A DNA stretch of 54,569 nucleotides from a virus (Duplodnaviria; Caudoviricetes): the IMG/VR virus record IMGVR_UViG_3300025886_000032, positions 1-54,569 of that record; one strand, written 5' to 3'. Both the position numbers and the translations under genes were made by a program. Shown here piece by piece: positions 1 through 9,136 of this stretch. The notes under the pieces are model-generated. The model searched no databases and was not told the origin of the DNA. It was given only the letters and a program-made list of their open reading frames with translations. Every line of letters begins with the position of its first letter. Position 1 is the stretch's first letter.

Positions 1-334
1 TCCAGCGTATGGGAAAAGATTCATTAGCACGTCCTTTACATTCAATAATGAAATCAGTTCCAATAAAATCTGGAGTATACTTAATGTTAAGTATTTTTTT
101 ATTACCCCTATTGCGGTATTCACCTTTTCCATTGCCTTGTCGTTCATAAGCTTCTTGTTCGAAGTTAAAAGAAGGGACAAGCTCGTAAGTTTGTCCCTCG
201 TAATGCGCCTTAATCTTAGCTTTTTTCAAAGCTATGTACATATGTTTTTCTAAACCTGAGGCAAATTGTATGCCATCATGTTTAACTTTTTTAGATCTTA
301 CCGGACCTTTCTTTCGTTTAAACCGGCGCGACAT
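1..334 (-). CDS. PD-(D/E)XK endonuclease, T7 endonuclease I / DUF1064-like (3' end outside window)
   Basis: Manual translation from ATG at 334: MSRRFKRKKGPVRSKKVKHDGIQFASGLE...IKYTPDFIGTDFIIECKGR; F-x-S-x-LE, YTPDF and ExKG motifs. Confidence 0.75.
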   Translation of the reverse strand, partial: MSRRFKRKKGPVRSKKVKHDGIQFASGLEKHMYIALKKAKIKAHYEGQTYELVPSFNFEQEAYERQGNGKGEYRNRGNKKILNIKYTPDFIGTDFIIECKGRANESFPIRW

Positions 335-644
335 GATCGTCCCAGTCTAGTTGTGCTGCGTTAGAAGGATGTGGTGGTCTAAAGCTAGCTTTATTAGCTT
401 CAGCTATAGATTCATCAGCTATCTTATCACTAAGCTCTTCTTTAGCAGCTTGAATATATAGAATAGCATCCATTAACTCTTCTTGTACATCATTAAGATA
501 ACCAGCTAGATCTTTATGTCCACCAGTTCTTTCATCGTGTAATGTTCTACCATACTTAGCATAGCCAACATCTGATCTTGTAACGAACTTATCGCATACT
601 CTCTCTACAACAGGATCTCTAAATAATATAGTCTTACTTTTCAT
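318..644 (-). CDS. all-alpha NTP pyrophosphohydrolase (MazG superfamily)-like / nucleotide-modification-associated protein
   Basis: RSDVGYAKYG...QEELMDAILY (EExxD); start moved to ATG 644 (MKSKTILF), overlapping the upstream stop. Confidence 0.55.
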   Translation of the reverse strand: MKSKTILFRDPVVERVCDKFVTRSDVGYAKYGRTLHDERTGGHKDLAGYLNDVQEELMDAILYIQAAKEELSDKIADESIAEANKASFRPPHPSNAAQLDWDDHVAPV

Positions 645-1521
645 CTTTAACAAATGTTCCGTTAACCATTTTACCAGTTCTTTTAGATATAACCTTGTAT
701 GCAGCATCGATACACTCTTCAATAGTTGTACCGCCAAGATGAGCCATATTAGTTAATACTACAACCATATCGCCAATAGCATCTACAAACTCTTCATCAT
801 CATTTTTAAGTACAGCTCTACCTAATTCACCAGCTTCTTCCATAAGCTTACAGAACTGAGTTTTAGTATCGCCTTTAGTATAAAGACCTCTTTCACCTGC
901 CCAGTCTCTTATCTTTTGAAACCTTTCACTTTCAGATGAATCATATCTCCAGTTACCATTGCCATTAGCTCTAGTAGTTAAAGTATCTAAATAAGCTTGG
1001 TAAGCATCTTTACCAAATGGAAATCTTTCAGCTTCTGTAGCGTGATCTTTAACTTGAAAGTACTTAGCAAATGCTTTATTATATATGTAAGATCTTTCTG
1101 TAGTGTACATGGATGTCTTAACATTATCCATTATCCAAGCAATTGTATCCATGTTGATTTCAAATTCACCATGCATTGTTTCCCATGTTTTACCCATCAT
1201 ATCCATTAATCTTCCTTTTAATTTAGATACTGGTACTGGAAATGTGCTTGTCTGCTCTGTTGCGTTTATATACATTTTATTTTGGTTTTTTGGTTTATTA
1301 ATATACAAATCTTTGTATTTTTGTCTGTCAACCCTATAGCCGTAAGACTGTTGAAGTTCTAACTCGCGGTCGGATATATAATCTATATCTGTACTTTGTT
1401 CTAGAACTTCTACTTCGTCTAAGCTGTAACCTTGTTGGTCGACAACTCTGGATATAAGATCACGTGTAACACCTATTTTTTTACCCGGTATATGGTATAA
1501 ATAATAATTAATTTTATCCAT
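634..1521 (-). CDS. fusion: GIY-YIG-like N-terminus, unknown middle domain, C-terminal MazG-like NTP pyrophosphohydrolase
   Basis: N-term YYLYHIPGKKIGVT...EVLE; C-term KLMEEAGEL...DAIGDMVVVL...AYKVISKRTGKMVNGTFVK. Confidence 0.75.
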   Translation of the reverse strand: MDKINYYLYHIPGKKIGVTRDLISRVVDQQGYSLDEVEVLEQSTDIDYISDRELELQQSYGYRVDRQKYKDLYINKPKNQNKMYINATEQTSTFPVPVSKLKGRLMDMMGKTWETMHGEFEINMDTIAWIMDNVKTSMYTTERSYIYNKAFAKYFQVKDHATEAERFPFGKDAYQAYLDTLTTRANGNGNWRYDSSESERFQKIRDWAGERGLYTKGDTKTQFCKLMEEAGELGRAVLKNDDEEFVDAIGDMVVVLTNMAHLGGTTIEECIDAAYKVISKRTGKMVNGTFVKDEK

Positions 1522-2200
1522 ATGTTCTAGCTCTTGATGTTAATGTATTTTGTTCTGGTAATTGATCTTCATATAAGTGTAAGTTATGTGCAAAATGATA
1601 GTATTCACCCATTGCATAACCTGTTCTCTTAGACACTAGTTCTTGTAGCTTACTGAAACAATATTGATCAATACAGAAACCGAACCAGAGATCATTAGAT
1701 CGCATCGTAACACACATATTAAGCTTGTTATCTACAACTGTAAACTGTACAGCATACGTGCAGGGTGTATCATACTTATAGTTAGATATTTCCTTGCCAT
1801 CATATATAGATATTGCAGCTTGTCTAGTATTAGGATTATTCTTTAACATAGCTACAACTCTATCTAATTGATAGCCTCTTTCCCATTGCGCGCCATAGTT
1901 AGAATTAACCTTACCATTTTCATCAGCCATCTTTTGCCATATCTGAGGTATCTTACCATATATACTACCAAGAGTATCTATTGTAGGCTCACCAGATAAA
2001 TACCATTGCCATTCAGCTTCAGCATATTCAACGTTAAAGTTTCTAGCTTCATTAGTTATCATACGATCTAAAGGATTTTCAATAGTAAAACCTTGGTTAA
2101 ACATTGCCATCGTGTTATCAAACTTATTACCTTCATGTGGTATTACACCATAGTAAAAGTTAAAAGCTTCATTTGCGTTTTTAAATTTATATTCTATCAT
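1514..2200 (-). CDS. thymidylate synthase superfamily enzyme, dCMP hydroxymethylase (T4 gp42)-like
   Basis: EYAEAEWQWY, PQIWQ..A...G.VNSNYG, catalytic DTPCT, MRSNDLWFGFCID with Asp at the base-specificity position, HLY. Confidence 0.8.
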   Translation of the reverse strand: MIEYKFKNANEAFNFYYGVIPHEGNKFDNTMAMFNQGFTIENPLDRMITNEARNFNVEYAEAEWQWYLSGEPTIDTLGSIYGKIPQIWQKMADENGKVNSNYGAQWERGYQLDRVVAMLKNNPNTRQAAISIYDGKEISNYKYDTPCTYAVQFTVVDNKLNMCVTMRSNDLWFGFCIDQYCFSKLQELVSKRTGYAMGEYYHFAHNLHLYEDQLPEQNTLTSRARTYG

Positions 2201-2205
2201 ATGTT

Positions 2206-2237
2206 TATTATCCCTTACCTTTCGTATTTAGTTTGTA
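2206..2237 (-). promoter_or_regulatory. class A (early-type) promoter motif copy 1
   Basis: TACAAA ct AAATACGA aaggtaagg GATAATA; ATG (2200) 6 nt after GATAAT. Confidence 0.8.
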
Positions 2238-2477
2238 ATAATGTCTATACATTTCAAATAACTTAGGTAGTATTTCATGTTTTTTATATTCGCCTGGGCT
2301 AATCATTTCTTTGTTATTAGCTACAATCCTTATTTTCCAATTTTGATTTTTAAAACCTTCAGCAGCTGCTAGCATACCTATTTTTATTCCGTGGTTTATA
2401 CACCAACTGTATGCAGCTTGATCTTCTTTAGTTCTCTTATATGGATCAGGTTGTACGCATTTATCAACTAGTCCCAA
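2208..2477 (-). CDS. hypothetical protein
   Basis: 89-aa ORF coupled to the primase-helicase stop. Confidence 0.7.
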   Translation of the reverse strand: MGLVDKCVQPDPYKRTKEDQAAYSWCINHGIKIGMLAAAEGFKNQNWKIRIVANNKEMISPGEYKKHEILPKLFEMYRHYYKLNTKGKG

Positions 2478-4180
2478 GGCATTTTCTCATCTAAGTCAGG
2501 CATCTCATGTGGAACAAAGCAACCAGACTTTGGTTCCCAAGTAAAATGGGCTTCAGCTCCGTTCTCACCTAAGTTTTGAAACTTACATTTCAATACCTTA
2601 ACTTTTGTGGTTTTGTTTTCGTAGTTCCTATGAACTAATAAGCCGTGGTAACTAGCATCATACCATTCACCACCACCTTTTATATTATACATCGTTGGCT
2701 CTTCAATCTTACCGTCTTGCGTCTTATACATTTTAGTTGGATGTGCAACTATAAATACTAACACATCATACTTCTTAGCAAACGTTTCGATCTTAGTTAG
2801 ATATTCCATTGTGTAACGATTTATGTCCTCTGTCTTACAATCAACGTCTCTAACCTTATTAAATGGATCTATAACTAAACATTTAATACCTTTACGTTTA
2901 ACTAGCTCAGCACCTTTACGTAATACAGACTCCAATGTATAACGTTCCATATCGATAAAGAAAAAGTTATCGTTAACATGAGTTGCAACTTGATTCCATT
3001 TGTCTCCACCAATATGGCCTTTGTTAGGCATATCACCCCATACTTTACGCATTAACTTATGTGCATGTAAAAAGGTAGGAGCATTTTCAGGAGATGCAAA
3101 TGCTGTTTTCCATTCATACTCTTTATTGTAACCTACAACCATTTGATCTACAAAGTCTGACTTACCTGAACTAGGTATACCTGTAACAGTTATAAACTGT
3201 TTTGTATACGTAGAAAATATATTATCAAAGTTAGGTAAACCAATTTGAAAACCACGTTTAAAACCATTACGAACAAAATCTGTAACTTCATCTTCAATAT
3301 CTTTAAATGTTGTAACGTTTTCTAATGGCACAGGTCTTGCATCTAAGACCCTAGACTTGAGCTCTGACGCATTATATTTAATTAGATATTCATTTGCATC
3401 TTTGCAATCATCAAATGATGCTAGATAACAAACCTCAGCACCAAGACGCCTTACAAGCTCTGTTTGTAATGCTAAACCTGGTGGATCATTATCTACTGCA
3501 ATGATTATCTTTTCTTTATCGTCAAAGTAATCAATACAATTATCTAAGTAATCTAAGTTATTGCTATTTAGTGTAGCTCCATTTGGAACTGATATAGCAT
3601 TTGTAATACCAGCTTCATGCAAAGCTAATACGTCCATTTCACCTTCAACTATAATACATGTATCGTGTCCTACAGTGTTATCTATATTGTAAAATACTTT
3701 TTCTGCTCCTTTATATAGCTTAAAGTTTTTACGACCATCTCTATATTTAACATTTGTAAGTATTCCACCTACAAAATAATTAAACTGAATAGTATTCTCG
3801 GGTTTACCGGTCTGTGGCATAAACTCTTGACCAACACTTACTTCAACATCTTTTAATGTTTGTTCAGATATACCTCTTGTTTTAAACCACTCTACAATCT
3901 TATTATCTAAGTTTCCAACAGTAGTTTTTTCAGGCACTACATAATCACGTTCAGCTTTGCCTTTACGTTTAAATGTATGTAGTTGAAAAGTTTTATCACA
4001 GTTATGGCAAGTACCGATACCACGACCCCAATCATAAGAAGAGCATTTAGCTTTCTTATTCTCAGGTTTCCTAGAAGACGAACACAGGGGACAAATCCCC
4101 TGCGTTTTACCTACTTCTAAGCCGTGCTGATTAAAAGTTTCAATTAAGAAACCATTTATTTCTTTATCTTCGACTTGCAT
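2468..4180 (-). CDS. primase-helicase (T7 gp4 / Twinkle-like)
   Basis: Zn finger CPLC...CHNC, TOPRIM VEGEMD / AVDND / KDANE, Walker A GIPSSGKS, IDPFN, AHP motifs. Confidence 0.93.
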   Translation of the reverse strand: MQVEDKEINGFLIETFNQHGLEVGKTQGICPLCSSSRKPENKKAKCSSYDWGRGIGTCHNCDKTFQLHTFKRKGKAERDYVVPEKTTVGNLDNKIVEWFKTRGISEQTLKDVEVSVGQEFMPQTGKPENTIQFNYFVGGILTNVKYRDGRKNFKLYKGAEKVFYNIDNTVGHDTCIIVEGEMDVLALHEAGITNAISVPNGATLNSNNLDYLDNCIDYFDDKEKIIIAVDNDPPGLALQTELVRRLGAEVCYLASFDDCKDANEYLIKYNASELKSRVLDARPVPLENVTTFKDIEDEVTDFVRNGFKRGFQIGLPNFDNIFSTYTKQFITVTGIPSSGKSDFVDQMVVGYNKEYEWKTAFASPENAPTFLHAHKLMRKVWGDMPNKGHIGGDKWNQVATHVNDNFFFIDMERYTLESVLRKGAELVKRKGIKCLVIDPFNKVRDVDCKTEDINRYTMEYLTKIETFAKKYDVLVFIVAHPTKMYKTQDGKIEEPTMYNIKGGGEWYDASYHGLLVHRNYENKTTKVKVLKCKFQNLGENGAEAHFTWEPKSGCFVPHEMPDLDEKMPWD

Positions 4181-4193
4181 TTATTTGATTTAA

Positions 4194-4520
4194 TTAAAAT
4201 GGTAAATCAGGATCAGCAGCTACTGCTTGTGGTTTATTGTTTTGTGGCTGTTGCTGTTGACCTCCGCCTTCGTAAGGTATTTTTTCAGGAAATGTCCCAT
4301 TAGTCCATAAGACTTTTACATTACCAAGATACGTTTTAGCTACTTTAGCTTCTCTTTCTTCTTTCGACTGCTCTATACATACAGGACCTTGATTACCAAA
4401 CTGATCTGGTTCATCATTTACTGTAATCGTAATAGGTAGGTATTTACCTTTCTTGCCTTCGATTATTTTTGATTTATCAATTGCATTTAAATTGATACTT
4501 GCTTTTATTATTCCTGCCAT
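4194..4520 (-). CDS. single-stranded DNA-binding protein (probable)
   Basis: Beta-rich core, Q-rich linker, acidic C-terminal DPDLPF; position between helicase and recombination genes. Confidence 0.7.
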   Translation of the reverse strand: MAGIIKASINLNAIDKSKIIEGKKGKYLPITITVNDEPDQFGNQGPVCIEQSKEEREAKVAKTYLGNVKVLWTNGTFPEKIPYEGGGQQQQPQNNKPQAVAADPDLPF

Positions 4521-4521
4521 A

Positions 4522-5256
4522 TTATAGGGTTTTATTTATAAAGTAATTATTAGGATCGAAATCCTTATTGTTAAAGAACAGATCGTATATTTCAGATGCT
4601 TTTTCTACCTTTTCAAAACCTGTTTTGTAAAAGTTATCTGAGCAATCATATATACCGATTTGTCCTGTGTTCTTATCTATAGCCATAAACATCATATCAT
4701 AGCCAAATAAGTTCTTATATACATAAGCTTGTGAATCATAGTTGTATTTTTTAGCTGACCAATGAAACTTTTCTAAGTCTGCAGTAGTCTTTAAATCAAC
4801 AACTAATTTTTCACTGTGGTTAACAATATCAGCTTTACCTTTCCACCAGTTACCTGCTAATTCGCAGACACCAGGAACTTCAAACTCATTGCCTTCAGCA
4901 TGTATAAGATCACGACAAACTTTATTGTTCATCATCTTCTCAACTAATGCTTCGACCTTGTCAACCTCATGTTGTAGTAAACAAACTTCTCCGTTTGTTA
5001 TTTCTTTGTATGCTTTTGTATTACGTGAGCTAGCTTCTACTATTTTAAAATTCTTAATCTTGTCTGGTTCAAGAATAGCAGTATGGAAGTAGCCTCCGAT
5101 AAGAAAGTGAGGAGCTGATTCAGATGGCTTTTTAAAATCAAGTGGATTTGTCATCAGTGTTCTTATATCTGAATTAGATATAAACTGTCTGCCAAACTCA
5201 CCATAATAATCATCATCGTTCTTCAGCCTCTCTAGTATTTCTTTTTTATTTTTCAT
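4522..5256 (-). CDS. PD-(D/E)XK exonuclease (RecE/DUF3799-like)
   Basis: ISNS, G..FHTAILEP, KGKAD, VVDLKTT, YDSQAYVY. Confidence 0.85.
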   Translation of the reverse strand: MKNKKEILERLKNDDDYYGEFGRQFISNSDIRTLMTNPLDFKKPSESAPHFLIGGYFHTAILEPDKIKNFKIVEASSRNTKAYKEITNGEVCLLQHEVDKVEALVEKMMNNKVCRDLIHAEGNEFEVPGVCELAGNWWKGKADIVNHSEKLVVDLKTTADLEKFHWSAKKYNYDSQAYVYKNLFGYDMMFMAIDKNTGQIGIYDCSDNFYKTGFEKVEKASEIYDLFFNNKDFDPNNYFINKTL

Positions 5257-5786
5257 AATGTAGCTAATTCTTTCTCTTGCTCTTTTGTTAATTTATATTT
5301 AGATTTTATAGCATCTAATTTACCGCCGCTTTTAACGTATTCTTTAGCTTTAAGTAATTGAGCTGTTGATATAGCTGCTTGAGTAATAGTTTGTTTTTTA
5401 CCATGACTATTAGTTGCATCAGCGTCTTGTGTGTCATCAATTAAAAACAAATTACCTAATGCATATTTCTTACCATAAGAACTTGCTGCACCGTATCTCT
5501 GTGGCATTTGCATACCTTTCTGATCTAAATCAACACCAACTACAGCTTGAGATTTAATCTCAGCCTTACCATCTGATATTAATGCAGTAACTTGCATAAC
5601 AGCTGGATCGAATGATATTAACTCTTCATTAATAGTTACAGTCACATCTAACTCCTTTAAAAAGGGTTTTGTAGCTTCTAGGATGTCTTCAGCAGACCTG
5701 AAATAGTACTTGCCGAAAGAGTTAAATCTTGATTTCTTTGATTTAAACTCTGTTTGAATTTTGGTTAATTTTTGGTTTATTGTCAT
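5253..5786 (-). CDS. ERF-family ssDNA annealing protein
   Basis: NSFGKYYFRSAEDILEATKP and GAASSYGKKYALGNLFLIDDTQDAD. Confidence 0.88.
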   Translation of the reverse strand: MTINQKLTKIQTEFKSKKSRFNSFGKYYFRSAEDILEATKPFLKELDVTVTINEELISFDPAVMQVTALISDGKAEIKSQAVVGVDLDQKGMQMPQRYGAASSYGKKYALGNLFLIDDTQDADATNSHGKKQTITQAAISTAQLLKAKEYVKSGGKLDAIKSKYKLTKEQEKELATL

Positions 5787-5790
5787 ATAT

Positions 5791-5820
5791 ATATAATTAC
5801 ATATTTATTTGTTAATTTAC
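5791..5820 (-). promoter_or_regulatory. class B promoter motif upstream of ERF
   Basis: GTAAA ttaacaaataaatat GTAATTATA, same spacing as the plus-strand copies. Confidence 0.6.
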
Positions 5821-6572
5821 AGATAATCAATCACTTGCGAGTGATCTACATTATCTATTAACTTGTTTACTGCTTGCTTTTTAAGCTCTGATACTCTTAC
5901 ATATGCAGATACCCCTTTAATTTCTAAACCTGCTGCTATATCATTAGCAGACCACTTTTTTCCATCAAGGCCATAGCTTTTATTTAAAACAAATACTTCG
6001 TCAGAAGTTAGATGTTTATTTAATAAACTTAATATATAAGCATTAAGCAGTGTTTCATTGTAAGGATCTGATTTATCAGGTATTTGATAAACCATATCTT
6101 CATCTGATGGATTAGCATCGATACTTAAGAATATGCTATTAAAAAACATAGCAACCATCTTTTTATCTTTACCACCATCTTTACGCATTTCATTTAGCTT
6201 ATGCTCAGGTATACGCATTGTACCTCTATTTATATCAATAGCTCTACGTATTCCACCTCTTATTCTTTTAGCTAAAAATGATTTTAAAGTTTTTTCAATA
6301 TCTTCAGATTCAAATAATCTAGTTCTATCTATTTTATCTACAGCTTTACATAATTGTAAACTACCTTCTTGTATTATATCGTTTATAGACATAACACCTG
6401 AAGCTTCTTGCGATGTAGCAAACTTTCTTGATATATTTTCTACTAAAGGTAAGAATATTACTTTAAGTTCTTCAGGCTTATAATCAACAAATCTTTTTGA
6501 TTTAACTGCTTCAATAACTCTTTTAACATCTTCTTTATACCTAACGTAGTTTTTTACATTATATTTTTTCAT
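5817..6572 (-). CDS. RNA polymerase sigma-70 family factor
   Basis: Region 2: LPLVENISRKF...DIIQEG..LCKAVDK...IRGGIRRAI...MRIP; region 4: LTSDEVFVLNKSYGLDG...DIA...RVSELKKQAVNKL. Confidence 0.88.
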   Translation of the reverse strand: MKKYNVKNYVRYKEDVKRVIEAVKSKRFVDYKPEELKVIFLPLVENISRKFATSQEASGVMSINDIIQEGSLQLCKAVDKIDRTRLFESEDIEKTLKSFLAKRIRGGIRRAIDINRGTMRIPEHKLNEMRKDGGKDKKMVAMFFNSIFLSIDANPSDEDMVYQIPDKSDPYNETLLNAYILSLLNKHLTSDEVFVLNKSYGLDGKKWSANDIAAGLEIKGVSAYVRVSELKKQAVNKLIDNVDHSQVIDYL

Positions 6573-7179
6573 GTTGTCTATTTAATAATTCTTTTTCTCT
6601 TTTAAGTTCTTCACCCATGTTTCTATGTATTGTTCTTTGTGAGCATTTTAAAACTTCAGCTAATTTAGCTATTGTAATTTTACTTTGCTCATGTATGTAT
6701 AGCATTGCATCGTATATATCATCTTCTTTAATGCTTTTACCTTTACCAGCTATTGTACCTACAATGCTTAGTTTCTCACTAGTACTTAAACCTGTACCAT
6801 CTTTAAATACTATTTTACGTAATCTATTTTTAGGTGGTCGATCAAGATCTTCCATATACACTTCATAGATCATATTGTTTAGTATTTGTTCAGGTACTTC
6901 AAAAGTAATAAATCCATTGTTTTCATAACATATATACTCAGATAGGTTTCTAAATTCATCCATAGTTAATTTAGGATTTAGATACCATAAGGTTAATAGA
7001 TGCCATTTTAAAGACTTATAACTATTAATCTTAGCTTTAGTATTAAACAATGAATAGTAATCGTATGTACCTTCTTCATAATGCCAACCCCAACCATAAG
7101 TCGATGTTGGTGTATCAGAAGAATACTTACGATATATTACTCTGTTTTGGTTTAGATATTTTAAATTACGGTGTGACAT
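6559..7179 (-). CDS. DNA-binding protein with C-terminal HTH (possible replication initiator or repressor)
   Basis: KITIAKLAEVLKCSQRTIHRNM helix-turn-helix; central helical segment reminiscent of PriCT. Confidence 0.7.
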   Translation of the reverse strand: MSHRNLKYLNQNRVIYRKYSSDTPTSTYGWGWHYEEGTYDYYSLFNTKAKINSYKSLKWHLLTLWYLNPKLTMDEFRNLSEYICYENNGFITFEVPEQILNNMIYEVYMEDLDRPPKNRLRKIVFKDGTGLSTSEKLSIVGTIAGKGKSIKEDDIYDAMLYIHEQSKITIAKLAEVLKCSQRTIHRNMGEELKREKELLNRQHEKI

Positions 7180-7216
7180 TAGCCCCTTACTCTATATCCT
7201 TAGAGCCTATTGTCAC
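7173..7216. promoter_or_regulatory. palindromic site copy 1, overlapping the ATG of the HTH gene
   Basis: GTGACATTAG-N24-CTATTGTCAC; on the minus strand it contains TATAGAGTAA like copy 3. Confidence 0.75.
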
Positions 7217-7309
7217 AGTCATATCACCCTGCAATGTTTTAAAAATCATATCTTCGGCTTCCATATATTCTTGAAAAGAATCAAATATTGGTTTTGTTTT
7301 GTTTGTCAT
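7187..7309 (-). CDS. small hypothetical protein (40 aa)
   Basis: Manual: MTNKTKPIFDSFQEYMEAED...; ATGA-coupled to upstream ORF. Confidence 0.5.
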   Translation of the reverse strand: MTNKTKPIFDSFQEYMEAEDMIFKTLQGDMTVTIGSKDIE

Positions 7310-7476
7310 AAATTTCTTAAATGTTCTTTATATTTTAATAATTGTTTTCTTTTTTCTAAGTTTACTTTTCCAGTTGCTATAGCATCTTCAAATATTTCAT
7401 TACTTAATTCAGCCATACGATGTGTCACATATTTCCTATGTGATAGACATCTACGTTTTTTCATTAGTTCTTTCAT
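7306..7476 (-). CDS. small hypothetical protein (56 aa)
   Basis: Manual: MKELMKKRRCLSHRKYV...; ATGA overlaps on both sides. Confidence 0.55.
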   Translation of the reverse strand: MKELMKKRRCLSHRKYVTHRMAELSNEIFEDAIATGKVNLEKRKQLLKYKEHLRNL

Positions 7477-7592
7477 CTTTCCCAACTATATTTAGTTTTG
7501 TCTCTTATTTTATTTAGCTTATCAATTAGTTTGTAAGCAACGTCTTCGCTGATCTCATCAGCATAAAACATATCATATATTAATCTTCTCAT
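7473..7592 (-). CDS. small hypothetical protein (39 aa)
   Basis: Manual: MRRLIYDMFYADEISEDVAYKLID...; ATGA-coupled. Confidence 0.55.
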   Translation of the reverse strand: MRRLIYDMFYADEISEDVAYKLIDKLNKIRDKTKYSWER

Positions 7593-7759
7593 TGTATTAT
7601 TCCTTGTTTTAATAAGTTTTGTGCTGTTCTACCAAACCAGCCTTGCAATTTATATGCAAGACCAGTATCGTGTAAATGCTGCCAAGCATCTATTACTTGT
7701 TCTTCTGATTCAGCTGGTATAAAACCTTCAGCTAAACCCGTTGCTTCATAATCATTCAT
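7589..7759 (-). CDS. conserved small phage protein
   Basis: AWQHLHDTGLAYKLQGWFGRTA motif typical of phage early genes; start moved to ATG 7759. Confidence 0.7.
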   Translation of the reverse strand: MNDYEATGLAEGFIPAESEEQVIDAWQHLHDTGLAYKLQGWFGRTAQNLLKQGIIQ

Positions 7760-8600
7760 AGTTACGTATTGCTTTATAGTGTGGATGTCTGTAACTACCT
7801 GCTTTAGTTCGTTCAAAGTATGTGAATGTAGCATACTGACCGATGTAGTCGTGTATATTTTCTAGCATATTAGCTAAGTCTTTGTAGTTGTAGCCTTTAC
7901 CTGGAGGACAACCGAATTCATTACCTTCATAATCTTGCATAATGAACTTACCTAGTGTACCTTCACGCTTACCTTTACCTATTTCATAGCCAATAATTGT
8001 AGCTTCTGCATCGTGAAAGTCTTTAAACTTCATAAGATCCCATGATCTTGTACCTTTGTACTTGCCAGATGGTGTTCTGTATATAGAGCCTTCGTAACCT
8101 AGTTTAAGGTTTTTAGCATGAAACCTTTGTGCATCGTCAAAATCTGTAGCTAATCTAGTAGAAGTAACTTCTAGTATAGAGCTGTTTCTAAACAATGGTT
8201 CAGCTAGTAAGAATAAGTTTCTGTCCGTATAAGTGCCTATTGTCATACTAGCTACATCATACATATGGTATTGTACTAGTTCTTTAGCTTCAGCTCTATC
8301 AGCATCTGTTGGTTTTCTTTTCTTAACAAGAGATATAATCTTTTCAAAGTCATCTTTTAGACCGTGGTTATATAATTCGCCGTCAAGAATAGCTGTAGGA
8401 TTTTTTGCAAAGAAAGGCTTTAAAGCTTGTTCAATGTGTTCTACATTCATAAACTGATTATTAGCACGAGAGAACGCGCCTTTGGCAGTAAATAGACAAC
8501 GTACGCCGTCTAGTTTTGGTTGTATAAATGCAGGGTAATCTGCTTTATCTTCATTGTATTTATGCGCTAGCATAGCTTTAATATTTTCCTGATCCGTCAT
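7752..8600 (-). CDS. ATP-dependent DNA ligase
   Basis: QPKLDGVR (motif I), LDGELY, YD, GYEG, KFK, OB domain. Confidence 0.93.
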   Translation of the reverse strand: MTDQENIKAMLAHKYNEDKADYPAFIQPKLDGVRCLFTAKGAFSRANNQFMNVEHIEQALKPFFAKNPTAILDGELYNHGLKDDFEKIISLVKKRKPTDADRAEAKELVQYHMYDVASMTIGTYTDRNLFLLAEPLFRNSSILEVTSTRLATDFDDAQRFHAKNLKLGYEGSIYRTPSGKYKGTRSWDLMKFKDFHDAEATIIGYEIGKGKREGTLGKFIMQDYEGNEFGCPPGKGYNYKDLANMLENIHDYIGQYATFTYFERTKAGSYRHPHYKAIRNYE

Positions 8601-8883
8601 TTAGTTTTTTATTTATTTTTTCAATTTTCTTTAGTATAATAGCTGCTTTTTCGTATTCTTCTTTATCTTCAAGAATCATCATAATAGTCTGCATTTTAGC
8701 TAGTTCACCTACTAACTTTTCTTCTTCGTTCATGCCGAAGTTATCAGTTACATCATTTATAACAAAACCATTTTCATATAGTTTTCTTACTTGATTATGA
8801 TAATCTTCATCCATTTGTTCTTGCTTTTCAACTATTCTATCGAATATTAGATCAGCTAGCATTTGTATTTCTTTTTTTGTCAT
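8578..8883 (-). CDS. hypothetical protein with UVR-like C-terminal coiled coil
   Basis: EDKEEYEKAAIILKKI; directly after a class A motif. Confidence 0.7.
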   Translation of the reverse strand: MTKKEIQMLADLIFDRIVEKQEQMDEDYHNQVRKLYENGFVINDVTDNFGMNEEEKLVGELAKMQTIMMILEDKEEYEKAAIILKKIEKINKKLNDGSGKY

Positions 8884-8888
8884 AATTA

Positions 8889-8920
8889 TATTATCCGTTA
8901 GTTATCGTATTTAGTTTGTA
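8889..8920 (-). promoter_or_regulatory. class A promoter motif copy 2
   Basis: TACAAA ct AAATACGA taactaacg GATAATA; ATG (8883) 6 nt after GATAAT. Confidence 0.8.
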
Positions 8921-9136
8921 TTATACTGATTTTAGCTTTTTAAGTCTTTTATGCTTTTCTGCATTACTTAACTCATCCCAATCACTTGGTGGTTGCCAAT
9001 CAGGTATACTAGCTCTCATTGTAGCAAAAGCTATTTTTTCTTGGTATTTGACGGCCATATCTGATAGCTCGTCACCTTGTTTAGTTGATAGATCCCCTAA
9101 CAACATAAACGCTTTCATCATATTTATATTACTCAT
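8921..9136 (-). CDS. hypothetical protein
   Basis: 71-aa ORF, PSDWDELS..EK..RL motif. Confidence 0.7.
   Translation of the reverse strand: MSNINMMKAFMLLGDLSTKQGDELSDMAVKYQEKIAFATMRASIPDWQPPSDWDELSNAEKHKRLKKLKSV

Noticed and set aside
1514-2200. Annotation as ordinary thymidylate synthase thyA
   Set aside because: Asp rather than Asn at the specificity position and gp42-like motifs argue for a cytosine nucleotide substrate, so no thyA symbol was given.
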